Below are positions 53,309 through 62,138 of a stretch of 64,000 nucleotides of DNA, in pieces; the stretch's first letter is position 1; each line of letters starts with the position of its first letter. The notes below the pieces were generated by a model. The model had not been told where the DNA came from, made no database searches, and saw only the letters and a program-made list of their open reading frames with translations. The position numbers were made by a program, and so were the translations under genes. This stretch comes from Pseudomonadota bacterium (lineage in GTDB: Bacteria; Pseudomonadota; Alphaproteobacteria; Rs-D84), in contig JAEXCU010000011.1 of the NCBI GenBank assembly GCA_023402015.1, positions 5,275-69,274 on the forward strand. Reading direction: 5' to 3'.

Positions 53309-54160
53309 TTAAGAATCCAAACTCAGCAATCTATCATAATCAATGCTGCTGCATTCTTCTGGTTTACCATCCGGGGCGGTATCCCAAACTTTGCTTTCAC
53401 ATTCCTGTTTCAGAATTTTCAGATTGCGAATAAACTGGTCATATTCACTGCCATTTTCTTTTTTCAGAACCAATAATTGACTGCGCAACAATTCATCACC
53501 TTCCAGGGCCTTTTGTCCCATAACCTTGCCGCCAATTAATCTGTTGCCGAATAATTCCATTGCACCAACACCGACACCTGCGCCACCAACGACACCTGCA
53601 ACCGTGCCCCATGTGCGACCGGATTTTTTTGCATCCAATATGCGCTGTTTTAATTTGCCTTCGTCGGCCCATGCACCACATGTAATATCGCGCCCCATTT
53701 CATAATATTGACTGGGGACATCGGATACACTGACCTTGGCATCATTGGATTTTATTTCCACTTTGACAAAACAAGTATTGTTTTCAGGGTTTTCGGTATC
53801 TTCAACCATTGCAGCATAGTTGTTTGTATTGCTGTATCGCGACGCCCAAACAAATGTATTGCCAACACCAATATTATTATTAATGCACGCAGTGCGTTCT
53901 TTTTCGCGGGTATCAACGGTTGGGATGGTTGCTTCAACCTCTTCTACCCTAACGCTGGATTTATCAGGATTGGTGGATACAGAAATTGACGCCATTGCGC
54001 TGAGTTGATTTGTAGATGCCGTTGCGCGTGGTGCGGCCATAACCGGTCCGTTCACCGCACGACGTGGCGAACCACCCATTTCAGAACGCGCGGCCGCAAA
54101 TGCAGACCCAGAAATTAAGCATATTGCCAAGACTGATACAATTTTTTTCATTCTTCCCAT
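53309..54160 (-). CDS. Secreted/membrane-anchored protein G3, distantly related to G1/G2
   Basis: 283 aa with signal MKKIVSVLAICLISGSAFA. NNTCFVKVEIKS compares with G1 NTACVYIKC and G2 DACLYITKSKS. Gly-zipper segment WGTVAGVVGGAGVGVGAMELFG. Confidence 0.7.
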   Translation of the reverse strand: MGRMKKIVSVLAICLISGSAFAAARSEMGGSPRRAVNGPVMAAPRATASTNQLSAMASISVSTNPDKSSVRVEEVEATIPTVDTREKERTACINNNIGVGNTFVWASRYSNTNNYAAMVEDTENPENNTCFVKVEIKSNDAKVSVSDVPSQYYEMGRDITCGAWADEGKLKQRILDAKKSGRTWGTVAGVVGGAGVGVGAMELFGNRLIGGKVMGQKALEGDELLRSQLLVLKKENGSEYDQFIRNLKILKQECESKVWDTAPDGKPEECSSIDYDRLLSLDS

Positions 54161-54235
54161 CCTGATGTATTCTGGGTGTATTATACCATAAATGGGCGGT
54201 AAAATAAAGAATAAATACTGGCCGATTTAATAAAA

Positions 54236-54256
54236 AACCGCGCATAATGCGCGGTT
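54236..54256. terminator. plsY terminator
   Basis: AACCGCGCAT-AA-TGCGCGGTT. Confidence 0.6.
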
Positions 54257-54258
54257 GA

Positions 54259-54846
54259 TTATTTTTTCCATTTCCAAACTATCTTGGATTCGGTCCCACC
54301 CACCAGGCGACCAATATTTTCACGATGCCGCCACATGCACAGCAATGCGATTGCCAAAAATGCCAATCCGATTTTCCACCCTATAACAAAACCCAACACT
54401 GGCATCAGACAGAAAACCACCACCGCCCCCAGGGATGAATATCCCGATGACAATGCAACAATCAGCCATTCAATCCCGCATATAATAAATGACAGCGGAC
54501 TGACCGCCAACAATACGCCAAACAAAGACGAAATTCCTTTGCCCCCATGAAAACGCAGCCACACCGGATAACAATGCCCAACAATCGCGGCAAAACCACA
54601 CCATGCACCAAATGCATCACCAGCAATCCAATTTCCGATAAAAACGGCCGCAATGGCCTTGGCCATGTCCAGCAACCAAACAGCCGCCGCCATACGCAGG
54701 CCACCGACACGCATAACATTTGTTGCACCGATGTTTCCACTGCCCACCTGGCGCAGGTCGCCCTTGCCCATTGCACGTGTCAGCAAAAGGCCCATTGGAA
54801 TGGACCCCAACAGATAAGAAATAATAATTGCGATTGCGTATATCAT
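54259..54846 (-). CDS. plsY: Glycerol-3-phosphate acyltransferase PlsY
   Basis: 195 aa, multi-TM, with GSGNIGATNV. Confidence 0.92.
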   Translation of the reverse strand: MIYAIAIIISYLLGSIPMGLLLTRAMGKGDLRQVGSGNIGATNVMRVGGLRMAAAVWLLDMAKAIAAVFIGNWIAGDAFGAWCGFAAIVGHCYPVWLRFHGGKGISSLFGVLLAVSPLSFIICGIEWLIVALSSGYSSLGAVVVFCLMPVLGFVIGWKIGLAFLAIALLCMWRHRENIGRLVGGTESKIVWKWKK

Positions 54847-54919
54847 TTTATTTTTCCTTGATTTTATGTTTGTTTTCTATAAAATAACAAAAAACATGAC
54901 TAAATAAAAGGAAAATAAA

Positions 54920-55180
54920 GTGGCAAATCACAAGTCATCAGAAAAAAGAATTTTGGTAACAGCCAAGAAAAACGCTGTTAATACCGCACGTCGCAGCGCG
55001 GTCAAAACCGAAACCAAAAAGGCGTTAAAGGCAATTGAATCCGGCGACAAAGCCGCCGCAACCGCCGCCGCACGCAATGCAGAAAGCAAAATTATGAAAT
55101 CTGCCGGCAAAGTTATGCCGAAAAAACGCGCCGCACGCAAGGTTTCCCGTCTGACCAAGAAAGTTGCGAAAATGGCGTAA
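54920..55180 (+). CDS. rpsT: 30S ribosomal protein S20
   Basis: GTG start. MANHKSSEKRILVTAKKNAVNTARRS, highly basic, 86 aa. Confidence 0.92.
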   Translation: MANHKSSEKRILVTAKKNAVNTARRSAVKTETKKALKAIESGDKAAATAAARNAESKIMKSAGKVMPKKRAARKVSRLTKKVAKMA

Positions 55181-55200
55181 TTCTTTTTGATAAGATATTA

Positions 55201-55227
55201 AAAAATCCGCCGATTGGCGGATTTTTT
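55201..55227. terminator. rpsT terminator (copy 1 of an identical 25-mer)
   Basis: AAAAATCCGCCGATTGGCGGATTTTTT. The same 25 nt recur at 55841-55865. Confidence 0.7.
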
Positions 55228-55279
55228 ATTTATGTACAGAAAAATATAAAACCGGCAAATGCCGGTTTCATATGTTGAA

Positions 55280-55762
55280 CTATTCTTTGTCTGATTTCAC
55301 ATGTTCATACTGTACCAGCGCAATTCCCACATCACCCGGAATTACATAAAAACCAAATTTCATTCCATCGGTTATCATATGCGTTGAAATTGGCGTTGCA
55401 CCGGCGGCAACAACTTTATCATGCATGGCATCATAATCTTTGACCGTCAGATATGCGGTTGTGCCAACGGGACCGCGACTGCCATCGGGCAATTTTGGCG
55501 TTTCCATAACACCGGCAAAGGGCCATACCTGGCCTGGGGCCTTGATAATTATATAATCCTGGCCGGTTGGCGTTTTATGCGCAGCCGTTGTCTTGATACC
55601 CAAATTATCATTTAAAAATTCAACCGTTGCGGTGGGGTTATTTGAATAAATATCAATCCAAGACAACGCGCCGGTTGTTTTCATTGGATTTGTCTTTAAG
55701 AACAATGCAACGCAACCAATTAATAAAACCAATAAAATATAAAAACCTATTTTGTAAAACAT
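55280..55762 (-). CDS. Membrane-anchored VOC/glyoxalase-fold protein
   Basis: 160 aa with an N-terminal TM helix, followed by a region resembling glyoxalase/bleomycin-resistance family repeats. Confidence 0.6.
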   Translation of the reverse strand: MFYKIGFYILLVLLIGCVALFLKTNPMKTTGALSWIDIYSNNPTATVEFLNDNLGIKTTAAHKTPTGQDYIIIKAPGQVWPFAGVMETPKLPDGSRGPVGTTAYLTVKDYDAMHDKVVAAGATPISTHMITDGMKFGFYVIPGDVGIALVQYEHVKSDKE

Positions 55763-55840
55763 AATTTCTCCTTTTGAATCTGTTTGACATAACTGATTAT
55801 ATCACAGTTTTATTGATTTATCTGGAATAGTTTCATAAAT

Positions 55841-55867
55841 AAAAATCCGCCGATTGGCGGATTTTTA
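55841..55867. terminator. Terminator after the giant Cys-rich gene (copy 2 of an identical 25-mer)
   Basis: AAAAATCCGCCGATTGGCGGATTTTTA. Confidence 0.65.
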
Positions 55868-58513
55868 TTGAATCGCATGATATGTTGTACCACCAAAATT
55901 TACATTTATCGCATTTTGGGAATTTCCGGCGGCCAAACTGCCATAGCAAACCTGGGATGCATAACCAACACCCAATGCGTGGTCGGTTTGTTTTGCTGAA
56001 TACAGCGGAACTGTAATTCCATTACCCATTTTTAATTGTGTTATTCCGGCCCTACACAATTGGGCGCAGACATTTTGCGATGTCAGATTGTATCCAGAAT
56101 CACATACCCACGGGCAACTGTTGGATGCCGCGTTGGACGTATATGATGAATTGGCAATTTTGTTTGTGCATGCCACACATGCGGATGCGCCACCCGCACT
56201 GTATTTTCCAACCGCACATTCTGTGCATGTTGGATTTGCGGTTTTATTACCCGCTGCGCCATATTTGGCATTGCAATTTACATTATATGTACACGCCCGA
56301 TATGCCGAACCAGAATAATATTCATGGGCATTGACCACCGTGGTGGTACCGCCTGAAATTGATTTGGCCGTGCAACTGATATAACAATCACCAATTTCAT
56401 CGCGTCCATTGTCAGAACCAGATGCCGTCGGTGGGCACGTTTTGCGTGAATTATCCCCCGGGCAATAATATCCACTTTCGCATGCGGTGCATGTGCCATT
56501 GGCATTTTTATAAAAGCCAGGGTTGCATGTTATTGTTATATCGCAGGTGGATTCCGCCGCACTGCACGAACCACCGTAATATTCTGTGCCAGATGTGGAC
56601 GACGAACCGTGGGTGCATGTTGCATTTGCGGGACATGTCTGTTGTGTGCATGCGCGTGTGCATGATTTCCAACATGCCCCAATGCCCCCGGTGGTGCCAT
56701 TGGCACTGTTGGGATACGTCGCCGGGCATCCGGCGCATGCCCCAGACGACAAATAATATCCGTCATTACAACTGGCGGCGACGCACGATGTGCTGCACAC
56801 GCCATAACTGCTGCACCCGGTGCACGATGCACCCGCGGACGAACACGCACTGTTGGTATAATTTCCGTTGCATGTTTTTGTGCCCGCGGGACAAGACACG
56901 CTGTATGCATTTGCAACACTGTTTGACGGCGTGCATGACGTGGTGGATGACCGGTTGGCAACACTGGTGCAAACAGTATTGCATGAACATCCCGATGCGG
57001 TCGCAGTGTATCCGGTTTCGCAACTGTATGTCCATGCACCATATGACCAATCACCACAACTGGCCGATCCGGTGCATGCGGACGCAGACGTACTGCCCGC
57101 GGGACTGGTGGTGCGATAACATGTGCGCGATTTGCTGCGACTGCGCGTGCCACCCGTGGTGGATTCACTATCCGTGCCGGTTTCGGTAAATGAAACGGAT
57201 GAACATGCGGCGCATGAACTGCCCGATTTATAGTAATTCGCATTACATTGCCATGGACAATTATCTTCAACCGCATACATGGATGACGGTGTACTATAAC
57301 TGGTGTATGTGGCGTTGGCCGGTGCATTGGTACATGCCGTACAAATGTTGTACCAATCGTTAAAATTCAACGGGTCAGACGCATAATATCCCGTACGACA
57401 CCAATCATAATGGGTATAATTGTTTCCACTGGGGCCGTTATAACATGTGGTCTGATTTAAATATTGTATTCTGGTACTGTCGCTAAGGTACCAGTTGCAA
57501 ATACAATCTGACGAACTGACTGCATGTTCATAATCAGACCAACTGCCACTGGACAAACTGACAATGCTTTCCGGTGTTGGCGAACCGGATTTTACCGTGC
57601 TGGCGCATGTTGCGCGGTTTGTGCCACCGGTACAATAATTACCACTGCCACAGGCGGCGCAAGATGTATTGCCATTTGCGCTGGATCCGTAATATCCAGC
57701 ATTACATGACCATGGGCATGAATTGGCCGTCGCAGAACCAACGTATTCAGAATTTGCAGGCTTGTTGCTGCAACTGTTCAGGCCATAACCATTGCTTAAA
57801 TTCCCCTCGGCAACACTGCTGAATCCGGGGCAATAACTGCCCGACGGGCATGAACCACATGCCGAACCATTCCAATATGTTCCGGCCGGACACGTTATAT
57901 ATCGCGTGCCACCGGTGCATGTGCCCCACGAGGAACAACCACTGCACGATGCGCCGGCCGACGAACAATCACCATTTGTGTAATTACCCGCACATATCTG
58001 ATATGCGCCGGAATAAGAACACGTTCCCCCTGATACAGAACATGACCGCGTACACGATTGGGTGGACGCGCGATTTGCGACACTGGTGCATGGCGTAGTG
58101 CAAACGCATGAATTATTGCTGTTGGTGTATCCACTGTTGCATGATGAAACATAACATGTTCCGGTGGATGTACGCCCCCATGATGAACACCCCGTACATG
58201 ACCCGGTACAGTTATCGCCACCGGTGTAATAACCATTACAGGTGTTGGTATATGACCGCGTCCCGGCGCCGTTTGTTATACCGCAAGATTCGCTGCCTGA
58301 TGATGTACTGGACGAATTGGGCGTGCTGGTACACGTATTTGTGCAACATACCGGGGCGTTCGTTCCACCCGCACATGTACAACCCGACGGACACGACGAA
58401 CATGAATTACCGGCCGTCGTTCCGTTCAAATAGTACCCCGCATTACACGATGTATATTTCTTATACGTAGGGCAAGAATACCCAGCCGCACCAGCAACGG
58501 AAACACTTAACAA
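55865..58513 (-). CDS. Giant Cys-repeat surface protein (furin-like / ephrin-receptor-like / VSP-like CxxC repeats)
   Basis: 882 aa, roughly 13% Cys, very Ser/Thr/Gly/Asn-rich. About 10 units of C[ND].G[YF]Y...C..C..G.YC. Recurring blocks ANS.Y....A.NSCPW.C[ND].GY and NYTN..CSSAGASC.GCSS.G. The frame stays open to 58555 (RFFFSLTFLLLSVSVAGAAG, signal-like) but has no canonical start there. Confidence 0.8.
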   Translation of the reverse strand: MLSVSVAGAAGYSCPTYKKYTSCNAGYYLNGTTAGNSCSSCPSGCTCAGGTNAPVCCTNTCTSTPNSSSTSSGSESCGITNGAGTRSYTNTCNGYYTGGDNCTGSCTGCSSWGRTSTGTCYVSSCNSGYTNSNNSCVCTTPCTSVANRASTQSCTRSCSVSGGTCSYSGAYQICAGNYTNGDCSSAGASCSGCSSWGTCTGGTRYITCPAGTYWNGSACGSCPSGSYCPGFSSVAEGNLSNGYGLNSCSNKPANSEYVGSATANSCPWSCNAGYYGSSANGNTSCAACGSGNYCTGGTNRATCASTVKSGSPTPESIVSLSSGSWSDYEHAVSSSDCICNWYLSDSTRIQYLNQTTCYNGPSGNNYTHYDWCRTGYYASDPLNFNDWYNICTACTNAPANATYTSYSTPSSMYAVEDNCPWQCNANYYKSGSSCAACSSVSFTETGTDSESTTGGTRSRSKSRTCYRTTSPAGSTSASACTGSASCGDWSYGAWTYSCETGYTATASGCSCNTVCTSVANRSSTTSCTPSNSVANAYSVSCPAGTKTCNGNYTNSACSSAGASCTGCSSYGVCSTSCVAASCNDGYYLSSGACAGCPATYPNSANGTTGGIGACWKSCTRACTQQTCPANATCTHGSSSTSGTEYYGGSCSAAESTCDITITCNPGFYKNANGTCTACESGYYCPGDNSRKTCPPTASGSDNGRDEIGDCYISCTAKSISGGTTTVVNAHEYYSGSAYRACTYNVNCNAKYGAAGNKTANPTCTECAVGKYSAGGASACVACTNKIANSSYTSNAASNSCPWVCDSGYNLTSQNVCAQLCRAGITQLKMGNGITVPLYSAKQTDHALGVGYASQVCYGSLAAGNSQNAINVNFGGTTYHAIQ

Positions 58514-58667
58514 CAGAAACGTTAAAGAGAAAAAAAAGCGGTCGTTTAAATTAGGCTATCACAGGGGGAACAAATGACGCAGAAATTGGGGATTTTTTGT
58601 AAACCAAATATTACGAATATAATCCACCATTTGGATTAGGCCAGGCATTTTGCCCTACATGCCAGGC

Positions 58668-58696
58668 ATTATATAGAATTTTAACACATTTGACAA
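58668..58696 (-). promoter_or_regulatory. Near-consensus sigma70-type promoter for the giant Cys-repeat gene
   Basis: Minus strand reads TTGTCA-17 nt-TATAAT. The plus-strand 10-mer GCCAGGCATT occurs twice (58640-58649, 58661-58670), overlapping or following the -10. Confidence 0.6.
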
Positions 58697-58745
58697 GATT
58701 AAATTTTCGGAATAGATACGTACCAAAACTGCGGTTTTCCGGTGC

Positions 58746-58795
58746 AAAAAACCGCCCAGATTCCTAATTTGTGGAAAAACTGGGCGGTTTTTATA
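58746..58795 (-). terminator. Terminator after the secretin gene
   Basis: ACCGCCCAG-20 nt-CTGGGCGGT with a T-run on the minus strand. Confidence 0.6.
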
Positions 58796-58820
58796 TTTTT
58801 TATGCAAAATAATGCATTTT

Positions 58821-60449
58821 TTAATTCAACGGCGCGCCCCAATGTTGCTGGATACTGCGTTCTGCATCCATTGGGCTTACCAATACCTGGGGCGTCAAAA
58901 TCACGACCAGAACATCACGCTGGGCCGATGTTTCGCGCGAACCTGACAACGCCATAAAGTCCGGGTCGCCCAAACCATAACGTGTATCGGAATTGCTTTG
59001 CTTTTCAAATCCGGATACAACCAGCATCTGGCCCGATTCCATAATTACTTCCTGCATGAATGAACGTTCTTCAACCTCGGGCAATTGCAGGGTTACTTCG
59101 CCAATTGTCTGGGTTGACATTTTCAGCAATTCACGCACCGACATTCTGAACAACAGCAATATTTTGCCATTTTCCAAAACATTGGGCAGCAACTGCATTG
59201 AAAATCCGGTTTCCAAATCGTCCTGGTCAACGGTGGATGATTCAACGGTTGTAAAGTTGCGGGATTCAAATCGTTTGATGTACCCGGTTGTACGCGTGTT
59301 GTTTACCGGCGCAACGCGGTTGCTGCGCGTGGTGACACCAACGTTTGTAACCAATGATACTTTGCCCTGCTTGGCCAATGCCTGAATTAATGCATTACTG
59401 CCTGCGGCACCTGACAACGAACCATTTTGAATTTGATCCTGGGTGTATGCACCGGCAACTTCCTGGCCATTTTCCATGTGGGTTGCACCCGTCATTGCTG
59501 ATACAGTATTGGACAAAACCGCAATGTTCATGGAACTGGCCTCGGTTGATGCCAAATTATTTTTCGGGTTTGCAACCAAATTTAATCCTGATGCAGAATT
59601 AATCGCCGCGGCCAAATTCAAACCGAACGCAGAATCATTTGCGATTGAAACCTGTAATACTTTGACGTCGATTGTCACCAACTGCGACAAACGTTTGTTC
59701 TGGCGCGCAATGTATTCACCCACGCGTGATAAAACAGACGGTGGCGCGGTAACGGTAATTGTTCCCAAACTGCGCGAAACGGTAAAGTCCGCATTGTCGG
59801 CCTTGCCAATAATGCCAGAAATGGCGTTTTCAACCTCGTCCCATTCTTTTAATGTAGATTCCAAAGACACCTGATTTCCGTCATCTGTCTGGACAGCCGT
59901 CTGATATGAAATTTCCGTCCCCAGTGCATATAATGTATATGTCTTGGTTTCTGTTTCATAAAAAACAATCGCGTTTTTATCATAATACCACAGCAAGTCT
60001 AAATCCGTCGCCACCTGGGACAACAGACCGGACAATTTGCCGGTGTACGCAATGTTCATCAATTTTTTTAATTTTTCAGAATTTACCTGGCTGTCAATTT
60101 TCACAGGTATGCCAGTTATGGAATTAATGTCATTTGCCAAAACCTGCAAACTGACCGGTTCGTTCAGCAAAATTGTAATACCAGTATCTGTTTCAAACCG
60201 CGCAGGCAAATTATTTCTGTGTTCCAAAATTGTGGATTTATTCCCCAGCCATACACCCTCAGACATGGAAACGGTATCACCACTGGCCACCTTGGCACGT
60301 GGATTTTTGGCCATTTCAAACGCATCGTATGCGTTGATAAAATCCTGGTCCACGGACGCCGCAACCTTTGCAGATTCCTTGGTGGTGCACCCTGTCAGCA
60401 TCGCCGTCAGCACAGTGCACATAACAAAAAAATTAATTGGTTTTGACAT
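58821..60449 (-). CDS. Secretin-family outer-membrane lipoprotein, PilN (type IVb pilus)/BfpB-like
   Basis: 542 aa with lipobox LTGC. C-terminal secretin-like block GFSMQLLPNVLENGKILLLF...GQMLVVSGFEK...GLGDPDFMALSGSRETSAQRDVLVVILTPQVL. Confidence 0.7.
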   Translation of the reverse strand: MSKPINFFVMCTVLTAMLTGCTTKESAKVAASVDQDFINAYDAFEMAKNPRAKVASGDTVSMSEGVWLGNKSTILEHRNNLPARFETDTGITILLNEPVSLQVLANDINSITGIPVKIDSQVNSEKLKKLMNIAYTGKLSGLLSQVATDLDLLWYYDKNAIVFYETETKTYTLYALGTEISYQTAVQTDDGNQVSLESTLKEWDEVENAISGIIGKADNADFTVSRSLGTITVTAPPSVLSRVGEYIARQNKRLSQLVTIDVKVLQVSIANDSAFGLNLAAAINSASGLNLVANPKNNLASTEASSMNIAVLSNTVSAMTGATHMENGQEVAGAYTQDQIQNGSLSGAAGSNALIQALAKQGKVSLVTNVGVTTRSNRVAPVNNTRTTGYIKRFESRNFTTVESSTVDQDDLETGFSMQLLPNVLENGKILLLFRMSVRELLKMSTQTIGEVTLQLPEVEERSFMQEVIMESGQMLVVSGFEKQSNSDTRYGLGDPDFMALSGSRETSAQRDVLVVILTPQVLVSPMDAERSIQQHWGAPLN

Positions 60450-60482
60450 CCATTATCTCCTCAATCTGTGCCCGATTATATC

Positions 60483-61397
60483 TTATTCTTCGGCCGTAGA
60501 AATTACCAGAACACGATTTCCCTTGTAAAATTTGGCATATGGCACCGGTGTTGCGCGACCAAAATTGCGCACCAATGCAGACGCAACATCAACAAAGCGT
60601 CCCTTGAAGACAGCGCTTGCCTCAATCGGGTATTCACGCGATGTCGCCCATACCAAATCCCATCCTTCTTTATCACACCAGTTTTGTAAAACTTCGTGCA
60701 GGGATTGACCACTGGCGACAACCCACGAACGAACCTGATCCATCAGCATCGGTGCCGGTTCGGCATCTGCGGAAATATCCACAGAAATTTCTTCTTCGCT
60801 AACTTCGCCATTTGCATTTTCTGTCTGGGTCATACCCATTTTTGCCGCGAACGCCGCATATCCATCGGCGTATTTACCGCAATTGCCACGACCACTGCGC
60901 GACACAGTTAAAACATCACCACCGTCATCTTCCAATACTTCGCGATGCAGCAACGGCATTTCCGAACCGTTATTGCATTCATCGTCAAATCCGACAGGGA
61001 TTTGCGTACCATGCAACATGTTTGCCCCGCCCGACCATCCACCGAAATCGCCACGTGCACCCAAATTGAAATTATTTTCAACAACCAAATCCGCCCCGAT
61101 TTTAGATACAATGCGAATATTGTCAGAATCTTTATTTTTAGAACACGCCCCGTCTTCACATGCAACAACAACGTCGGCATCAGATCCAGTTAACGGCCAC
61201 ACCGGCACCGGCGCAGGCTGGGCAACGGTTTCTTGAACCTGATACGACGTGTCGTATTCAACATATTGATTTTCGTCAATTGTTTTGTCCTGGGTGTAAA
61301 AAACCTCTGACGTAACAACCTGGGGCAAATTTTGCGCGGCAAAACAATACCCTGCGGCAGTTGCAAACATGGCGACAATAAGAATCTTGCGGAACAT
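60483..61397 (-). CDS. PilL/TcpQ-domain protein
   Basis: Start MFRKILIVAMFATAAGYCFA at 61397 with RBS AAGGAAG. C-terminal SGQSLHEVLQNWCDKEGWDLVWATSREYPIEASAVFKGRFVDVASALV resembles the TcpQ/PilL domain. Confidence 0.6.
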   Translation of the reverse strand: MFRKILIVAMFATAAGYCFAAQNLPQVVTSEVFYTQDKTIDENQYVEYDTSYQVQETVAQPAPVPVWPLTGSDADVVVACEDGACSKNKDSDNIRIVSKIGADLVVENNFNLGARGDFGGWSGGANMLHGTQIPVGFDDECNNGSEMPLLHREVLEDDGGDVLTVSRSGRGNCGKYADGYAAFAAKMGMTQTENANGEVSEEEISVDISADAEPAPMLMDQVRSWVVASGQSLHEVLQNWCDKEGWDLVWATSREYPIEASAVFKGRFVDVASALVRNFGRATPVPYAKFYKGNRVLVISTAEE

Positions 61398-61581
61398 AAA
61401 AACTTCCTTTCCTGAATGTTTTTCGTATTTATTATGCTTATTATAACAATTTGACCGAATCTGTGCAAGATTAAAACGCACATAAATCAACCACGATTTG
61501 AAATATCACCAAGATAAAATCGCACGAATCGGGAAAAAATGTTATACTGTTTTCATCAGTTTAAATTTTCAGGAGTGGTAT

Positions 61582-62130
61582 ATGCAAAATATTTTGATTT
61601 TGGTGGGAATTACCCTGGTTATTGTTATGGGTTTGGGATTGCTGTATTTCATGGTGCGAATTAATACGCGCGTTCGGGATATGACCAAAACGCTGACGCA
61701 CCAGTATAATTTGATTGTAAAAATGCAAATGGTTTTGAAAAATAAATACGCAACAAATGCCGTGGCCGAAAACGCAGAAATGATATACCAAGATTTACTG
61801 CAAAATTTAATTCCAATTATGGCTGCAATTGACATCATGCCACGAAACACGGCCGAACACCCATTATGGCGCGCCCTGGGCGGGATTTTGGATGAATACG
61901 CAAAAAATCCATTTGCATTGGAAAAACTGCGCAGATGCATTAAACTGGACGCGGAAATCGCGCGCAGTGTTGACAACTATATGAACCGTGCGGACGGATT
62001 TCTGCATCATTTGACAACAACCGAACCTGATGGAATATTGGCCGCAACGTTTACGGACGGTTTGCTGGGGCAATCGCTGACATTCTTTGCCCAGGCAAAA
62101 CAATTGGCCGCGCAAAGCAACGAAATGTAA
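61582..62130 (+). CDS. Hypothetical single-pass membrane protein
   Basis: 182 aa from the ATG at 61582 with RBS AGGAG. N-terminal TM ILILVGITLVIVMGLGLLYFMV. Confidence 0.55.
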   Translation: MQNILILVGITLVIVMGLGLLYFMVRINTRVRDMTKTLTHQYNLIVKMQMVLKNKYATNAVAENAEMIYQDLLQNLIPIMAAIDIMPRNTAEHPLWRALGGILDEYAKNPFALEKLRRCIKLDAEIARSVDNYMNRADGFLHHLTTTEPDGILAATFTDGLLGQSLTFFAQAKQLAAQSNEM

Positions 62131-62138
62131 ATGATTAA

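Noticed and set aside
56038-58470. Many overlapping ORFs in other frames or strands within the giant Cys-repeat gene (e.g. 56422-57189 +, 56536-57327 -).
   Set aside because: They are compositional artefacts of the repetitive TGY/GGN/ACN-rich sequence, giving H/R/M/P/C-rich nonsense peptides. Only the 55865-58513 frame shows a regular repeat structure and a promoter and terminator.
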